NCBI GenBank assembly: GCA_002331145.1
Contig: DCYT01000001.1
Span: 90,002 to 154,001 of the forward strand
Direction: 5' to 3'
Origin: Candidatus Minusculum obligatum
Lineage (GTDB): Bacteria > Patescibacteriota > Minisyncoccia > Phycocordibacterales > Phycocordibacteraceae
Length of the DNA: 64,000 nucleotides
The notes beneath the pieces were generated by a model, which was not told the origin of the DNA, did not search any database, and saw only the letters and a program-made list of their open reading frames with translations. Numbering within the stretch: the stretch's first letter is position 1; each line of letters begins with the position of its first letter. This document shows positions 59,510 through 64,000 of this stretch, piece after piece. The translations under genes were made by a program, and so were the position numbers.

Positions 59510-60832
59510 TCACTGCCCAGGTCGTCGTAAAATAACGTTCTGACGACTTCTAGCGACACAAATTCCGTTACGAATGGCGAAGCACTCAACATAGTGGTTG
59601 CCATTGTGCCTAGTGGATTCTGGGTCGTTTTTCGTTTGGTGATCTGTGATCTCTCCACGCGGTTGATCACAGCCATCGTCGTTCTTCACCTTCCATTTGA
59701 ATATGTCCGCCACGGGCGGATTTTGGCCGAGCCTGAATTCGATCTTTCGATCCACGTTTATCAGTCCTACTGCATCCAAGAAAAACGCCCGAAAGCCGCC
59801 ATCACGCGGTTGTACATGCCCGACGATTGAGAACTCGGCCTCAGTTAGAACTGGTATGCCCTGATCAAACAAAAACTCTTCTGACCCGCGCGCTCTTGGT
59901 CTTGGTGGAAGAGAAAGCAGATCTCCCACATCGTCGCCTTCATCAAATTTTTCCAACCCAACGAGAAATGCATCACGTGCTTGGATGATCAGGATTCTGT
60001 CCTGCTCATTTAGATCGTTGACGTAGTCGTCAATATTGCGATCTGAGTCGGCCCTATCAGGAAATTGGGGGTAGCGAACGAAATCTGGAACCCGTCGGAA
60101 GAACTCAAAGACAATATCGAACATCTCTGCTCGTGGGTTTTGCTGCACCCACGTTGTTATCGCCTGCTCCAGATGGAAGGACTTCAGAGCAAAGCTGTCG
60201 TTCCTTTCTTTGTGAGCACAGCGCCACCCCTTCACAAGCTTCACCGCTTTGCGAAAGTCATCGTTCTGGGCATTTGTTTGGCTGGCGATAGCTATGTATC
60301 CACGCGGGTCGGATTTGATCCAACCCATTTCGCGCTGCCCGCTCCTCACCGCCTCACGAATTTGTTGCCGTTCAACACGTGATGCTCGCGCGATCTCGGG
60401 AACAACATACGTGTCATCGCCAAACTCGTTCTGTCCATTGATGTAGGCTGGCACGACATCGACGCTGAACACCTCTTCTTCGCCGTCGAGAAAGCGGATT
60501 GTAACCGAGTGGGTTTGTCGTCCGATATGTACTTCATAATGAGTAGGATTTTCGTACTCAGCGCGCATCTGGCGCTCAAGGTCTTCCAGCGCCTGCGATG
60601 GGTCGTGATGTTCCCGGTCCCAGTTGCCCAATACGAAGAGCACATCAAGGTCGTGCAACGGGGTGATCGCCGTATATCGAGGGAAGGAACCGATTTGAAG
60701 CGAGTTCGCAACTCCTAGAACCTGCTGCACAGAGTTGTACACTAGACTTACAAAATCCCGCTCATCCTGGGTTGGGGTCAAATTATCGCGAACGTATGAC
60801 CGAAAAGCCGCGTTGAATGCATTTTTATTCAT
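59510..60832 (-). CDS. cGAS/DncV-like (SMODS/CD-NTase-type) nucleotidyltransferase, 440 aa
   Basis: It has an N-terminal helix, then GSFPRYTAITPLHDLDV (GS-x11-[D]h[D]h), a third acidic residue in VFSVDVVP, and KAVKLVKGWR. There is a C-terminal ~170-aa extension with a Cys-containing tail. Confidence 0.65.
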   Translation of the reverse strand: MNKNAFNAAFRSYVRDNLTPTQDERDFVSLVYNSVQQVLGVANSLQIGSFPRYTAITPLHDLDVLFVLGNWDREHHDPSQALEDLERQMRAEYENPTHYEVHIGRQTHSVTIRFLDGEEEVFSVDVVPAYINGQNEFGDDTYVVPEIARASRVERQQIREAVRSGQREMGWIKSDPRGYIAIASQTNAQNDDFRKAVKLVKGWRCAHKERNDSFALKSFHLEQAITTWVQQNPRAEMFDIVFEFFRRVPDFVRYPQFPDRADSDRNIDDYVNDLNEQDRILIIQARDAFLVGLEKFDEGDDVGDLLSLPPRPRARGSEEFLFDQGIPVLTEAEFSIVGHVQPRDGGFRAFFLDAVGLINVDRKIEFRLGQNPPVADIFKWKVKNDDGCDQPRGEITDHQTKNDPESTRHNGNHYVECFAIRNGICVARSRQNVILRRPGQ

Positions 60833-61337
60833 GGCCAGTTGTGATCATGCTCACGATAATATCGTTTAGAAGACGTCCACGGAAATTGACCAGAACAACA
60901 TTACGGTGCTGCTCGAGCTCCTGAATGGCATCGTTGTCGACACGGCCACCGGCTTGCGGCGCATACACAACCAGCGCTGTTCGATCCTTCTTCAGCTCCA
61001 AGATTCGTCGAAGACCGGCAAGGTTCCAATCTGGCCAATGAACAAGGAATGTTGTCGCCTCTTCTGCCCTCCCGGCGTCATTCAACATACTGACTGACAT
61101 AATATTTTTCTTAGTGAAGAGTTTCGTGTCGCCGAGAAGGTCAACGAGGCTTGTAAGCGTGGAGCCCTTGGCAAACACCACGATCTTCTTCCGCCGCAGT
61201 CCCTTCCCCAGCCGCCAAAGTGCAGGCAGGAACCCACTAAACGTCAAATAGCCAGCGTAAAGCGCACCGGCGATAGCGATTAAGATTCCGCCCCATCGAA
61301 AGTACGGAAGGGCCGCTTGTACGAATTCCATCATTGT
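60825..61337 (-). CDS. Membrane protein partner. It has an N-terminal ~26-residue hydrophobic segment (1-2 TM) and a C-terminal ~120-aa alpha/beta domain. It is an effector-like candidate.
   Basis: The start is at ATG 61337, where MMEFVQ is preceded by GGTGGT-N6, or at GTG 61376. It overlaps the NTase start by 8 nt. The strand pattern is IVVFAKG / TFLVHW / ALVVYAPQ / VVLVNF. Confidence 0.55.
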   Translation of the reverse strand, partial: TMMEFVQAALPYFRWGGILIAIAGALYAGYLTFSGFLPALWRLGKGLRRKKIVVFAKGSTLTSLVDLLGDTKLFTKKNIMSVSMLNDAGRAEEATTFLVHWPDWNLAGLRRILELKKDRTALVVYAPQAGGRVDNDAIQELEQHRNVVLVNFRGRLLNDIIVSMITTGHE

Positions 61338-61443
61338 TAAACCACCATACCATGGATTGTATTTTGTATTGCCCACACCAAGATGAGCTGCTTCGATCAG
61401 AAACGCAAAATATCAGCCTGATAGGTTCGACGGATGCCAGTCT

Positions 61444-61911
61444 GTGAGACTTGGCGGATTTGTTTCCCCAATCCCAGTCGAGTTGTTGGATTTGGCCGCA
61501 CAACGCCTTCTTGATTCACGCGCGTTGATCGACGGGTTCGAAACTTCGATACAAGCCCAGCATTTCTTTCTTTCGCTGGCCAGCGCGGCTGCGGTCGGCA
61601 AGTCAACGAAGCTCGCGGAGAGATTGACCTTCGCAGTCAGTGCGCACTGTCAGCAAGTGAAGCATCGACTGCCAATAGAGATCGCCATGGTGATCGGTGT
61701 AAGCGCGTCTGCCGCGCAACCCTCCGAGCAAGATGCCGATACTTGGCTCGGGGAGTACGCAACAAGGCTTGCTTTCGGAGTTAGAGAAACCGATGAAGCC
61801 AAAAGGTTGTTGGGCGTGATAAGCACGCTTTGCCGAGTACGCCCCTCTCTACGAGCACAGCTCAGCAAGTCGATTGTCGCTGCCCGCGCGGCTAGTTGGT
61901 TAGATGACTGA
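61444..61911 (+). CDS. Hypothetical protein (GTG start) on the GC-rich island
   Basis: The 155-aa ORF is only weakly supported, because GC-rich DNA yields many ORFs. Confidence 0.25.
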   Translation: MRLGGFVSPIPVELLDLAAQRLLDSRALIDGFETSIQAQHFFLSLASAAAVGKSTKLAERLTFAVSAHCQQVKHRLPIEIAMVIGVSASAAQPSEQDADTWLGEYATRLAFGVRETDEAKRLLGVISTLCRVRPSLRAQLSKSIVAARAASWLDD

Positions 61912-62217
61912 CTAGGATCTTCGCCCATAGCTGAGTGTTCCGCCTGGTGGCAACTCGAATGGGCGCTTTGTCGCTGATTGTGATTATCCGGCGGTGGAGC
62001 GGCATCGACATCGAACGTCCGCTTTCGGGATATACCTGACATTGAATACGCTCTGAGCGAGACGCAACTTGCGAATGCTCTGACCGGTCAAATTGCATGA
62101 TCTTGAATGAGGTAAATTTAGCACTCCAAATGGGATGCATACTCGGGCCGGGGCGCCGCAACGATGCGCGTATATCGCGCCTGAACAAGCCCATGTGGAT
62201 AGCGAAGCTATGGCACA

Positions 62218-62601
62218 ATGAGTGTGCCTTTGCCGCTAATTGCACAGGCCTATCCCTCTATGATCAACGCCAATGCCATTCGGCTTCGCGCCTGCCGCAG
62301 ACGCGGCGGGCTTGATCAAGTCGACCTCGCTTTTTTACTTGGCATCAGTCGTCACGCCGTCTCAAGGCTTGAACGTGGACTGGCAACGCCAAGTGCTGAA
62401 ATACTTATTCGTTACGAGCTAATTTTCGAAGTGCCGGCTGCAAACGTCCTACCCGACACCCGCATCCTCCTATCTGGACAAATACACGCTCGAGCGCAGC
62501 AAGCCTTAAGCCGATGCCGCCTGTCGAAGTCTGAGGCCGGTCGACAGAAGGCCATCTTTCTCCAGACGATGTGCGGACGGTTGGCTCGACCCAGCCAATG
62601 A
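62218..62601 (+). CDS. XRE-family helix-turn-helix transcriptional regulator
   Basis: It has the HTH region QVDLAFLLGISRHAVSRLERG. Confidence 0.5.
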   Translation: MSVPLPLIAQAYPSMINANAIRLRACRRRGGLDQVDLAFLLGISRHAVSRLERGLATPSAEILIRYELIFEVPAANVLPDTRILLSGQIHARAQQALSRCRLSKSEAGRQKAIFLQTMCGRLARPSQ

Positions 62602-63083
62602 CTCCCCTCTCAATTTGGGTGCTTGCGGTGGAACCCCACGCACACGGCCTAGCCTTCGCGGCGTTCGCAGCCGGTGGAGATCTCGTCGATTGGGGAAGCT
62701 ATGATGGACGCGATTGTGAGTGCAGCGCTATGCGTCAACGCTGCAGACGCTTGGTCCATGAACTTTCCCCTTCTATCGTTGGAATTGAAGATGTGGACCA
62801 GCCAGATTGCGTGCGTTCCAAGCGAATGCGCGACTTGTTGAGGTCGGTTCGCCAAGATGTCTTGGATAACGGTATAGCGGTCGTCCGCGTGCCGCGTCGG
62901 TTGATGCGCAAGCGTGTGAAGGGGTTGGATCGACATTCCTCTACACTCTACCACCTGAGTGACCGGTCTAGTGAGGTTCAGTACCTATCGGCGCACCGAT
63001 CCACCCGAGCGGTGCCGGTACGAAAGGCCATGCGTATCGGGTTGGCGGTCATCGCGACGAGGCGCAAGTCGAATATCTCGTGA
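62571..63083 (+). CDS. Hypothetical protein downstream of the XRE gene
   Basis: The 170-aa ORF overlaps the XRE gene end. No motif was recognised with confidence. Confidence 0.3.
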   Translation: MRTVGSTQPMTPLSIWVLAVEPHAHGLAFAAFAAGGDLVDWGSYDGRDCECSAMRQRCRRLVHELSPSIVGIEDVDQPDCVRSKRMRDLLRSVRQDVLDNGIAVVRVPRRLMRKRVKGLDRHSSTLYHLSDRSSEVQYLSAHRSTRAVPVRKAMRIGLAVIATRRKSNIS

Positions 63084-63315
63084 ACTTGGCTACCATCGGA
63101 GTTCGAAGGCTTATTCCTCAACCGGCCCTCTGAACCAACGTCAAGTCAGGTGTTCAACCTCGGTCAAAATTGCTCGACGAGGCTCTTCAAATTGGCCGGC
63201 TCCGATTAGCCCGTGATCGTCTGCCAAGATGCCTATCCGGCAGGCACAATTGAGGGGATTCGCCTGGTCTCTGGTTGTGATAGACTGTCTCCACACTAAT
63301 AGTCGGAGGCGGATA

Positions 63316-64000
63316 TGGACGATGCTGCAGGCAAAGCTGTAGCGATATGGATTCGCGTATCCACCGAAGACCAGGCGCGTGGCGAAAGCCCCGAGAACCA
63401 CGGACAACGTGCAAAGTTTTACGCGCACTCCAAAGGCTGGTCTGTGGAGCGCGTCTATGACCTCTCAGGGGTATCGGGACAGTCGGTGGCCAACCACCCT
63501 GAAGCCAAACGAATGATGGCCGACATCCAGAGCGGCGCGATCACAGGCCTTATCTTTTCCAAGCTCGCTCGGCTGGCCCGCAATACCAAAGAGCTACTCG
63601 ATTTCGCCGAGTTCTTTCGCGCCAAAGACGCAGATCTAATCTCACTCCAAGAAGCGATGGATACGTCATCGCCTGATGGCCGTCTTTTCTACACGATGAT
63701 TGCTGCAATGGCGCAATGGGAGCGAGAAGAGATCGCCGAACGTGTTGCGGCCTCCTTTCCCGTGCGCGCCAAACTAGGCAAGCCTCTCGGAGGCCAGACG
63801 ACGTTTGGCGATCATTGGAAAGATGGTGAGCTGGTTCCCAACCCCGATGAAGCACCCGTTCGCAAGCTCATCTATGAGTTGTTTGCCGAGCACAAACGCA
63901 AGAAGACCGTGGCTCGTCCCCTCAATGAACGCGGCTACAGGCCCCGTAAGGGCGCCAGGTTCTCCGACACCACGATCACTCGGCTAATCACCGATCCAAC
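63316..64000 (+). CDS. Large serine recombinase (resolvase/invertase catalytic domain + recombinase domain). The C-terminus is beyond the window.
   Basis: The ATG at 63316 is preceded by GGAGG. The protein begins [20 protein letters not shown] (catalytic Ser), followed by [13 protein letters not shown]...[31 protein letters not shown]. It is not in the ORF track because there is no stop within the window. Confidence 0.85.

Larger units (their letters stand above)
59380..64000. mobile_element. GC-rich integrated element (boundary just after tfoX, continuing beyond the window). It carries the NTase pair, an XRE regulator and a large serine recombinase.
   Basis: There is an abrupt compositional shift to clearly higher G+C at about 59.4 kb. 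A serine recombinase gene lies at 63316 onward. Confidence 0.55.

Noticed and set aside
59386-59676. 96-aa ORF overlapping the NTase 3' end
   Set aside because: It overlaps the NTase's reading frame and is probably spurious. It cannot be excluded as a tiny third gene.
61650-62245. Minus-strand ORFs of 117-130 aa in the GC-rich island
   Set aside because: GC-rich DNA generates long random ORFs. The translations are low-complexity (S/A/R-rich) and they overlap better plus-strand candidates.

Overview
This 64 kb window is a chromosomal segment of a low-GC bacterium, roughly high-30s % G+C by eye. It uses the standard genetic code, and coding is mostly on the minus strand. The genome looks streamlined and possibly Patescibacteria/CPR-like: there are many small membrane proteins, UvrC lacks the C-terminal HhH region, and the ATP synthase delta subunit is short. 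I cannot place the organism more precisely.

The housekeeping backbone is alaS (5' part), pepF-like M3 peptidase, mnmA, mltG, leuS, ychF, an RND efflux pair, a complete atpBEFHAGDC operon, tag, ddl, uvrC-uvrA, a two-component pair, uvrB, tgt, an FKBP PPIase, a ZIP transporter, a DEAD-box helicase, typA, an ABC-F ATPase and a TfoX-N protein. One tRNA-Ala(UGC) lies at 34043..34118 (-).

Accessory content is abundant:
- A roughly 5.5 kb array of single-cargo segments (28.5-34.05 kb) sits immediately 3' of tRNA-Ala. Its segments are separated by hybrid, att-like repeats that all switch arms at a GTGG core. The cargo is a promoter/SD/terminator-equipped 55-aa transmembrane peptide, a NUDIX hydrolase, DUF305/DUF411 copper-type proteins and two GC-rich membrane proteins.
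- Several single-gene GC-rich inserts each carry their own hairpin terminators (about 14.3-14.9 kb, 46.4-47.3 kb, 56.8-57.2 kb).
- A GC-rich island begins right after tfoX (about 59.4 kb to the window end). It carries an XRE regulator, a large serine recombinase running off the edge, and a translationally coupled membrane-protein + cGAS/DncV-like (SMODS/CD-NTase-type) nucleotidyltransferase pair. This pair is the best candidate for a conflict or novel signalling system in the window.
- Two 36-bp perfect triple-dyad palindromes (AACT-N4-AGTT units) sit just upstream of the udg and tgt start codons.
- A tandem trio of Cys-rich secreted paralogs lies next to a large secreted repeat protein.

No rRNA or CRISPR array was found.
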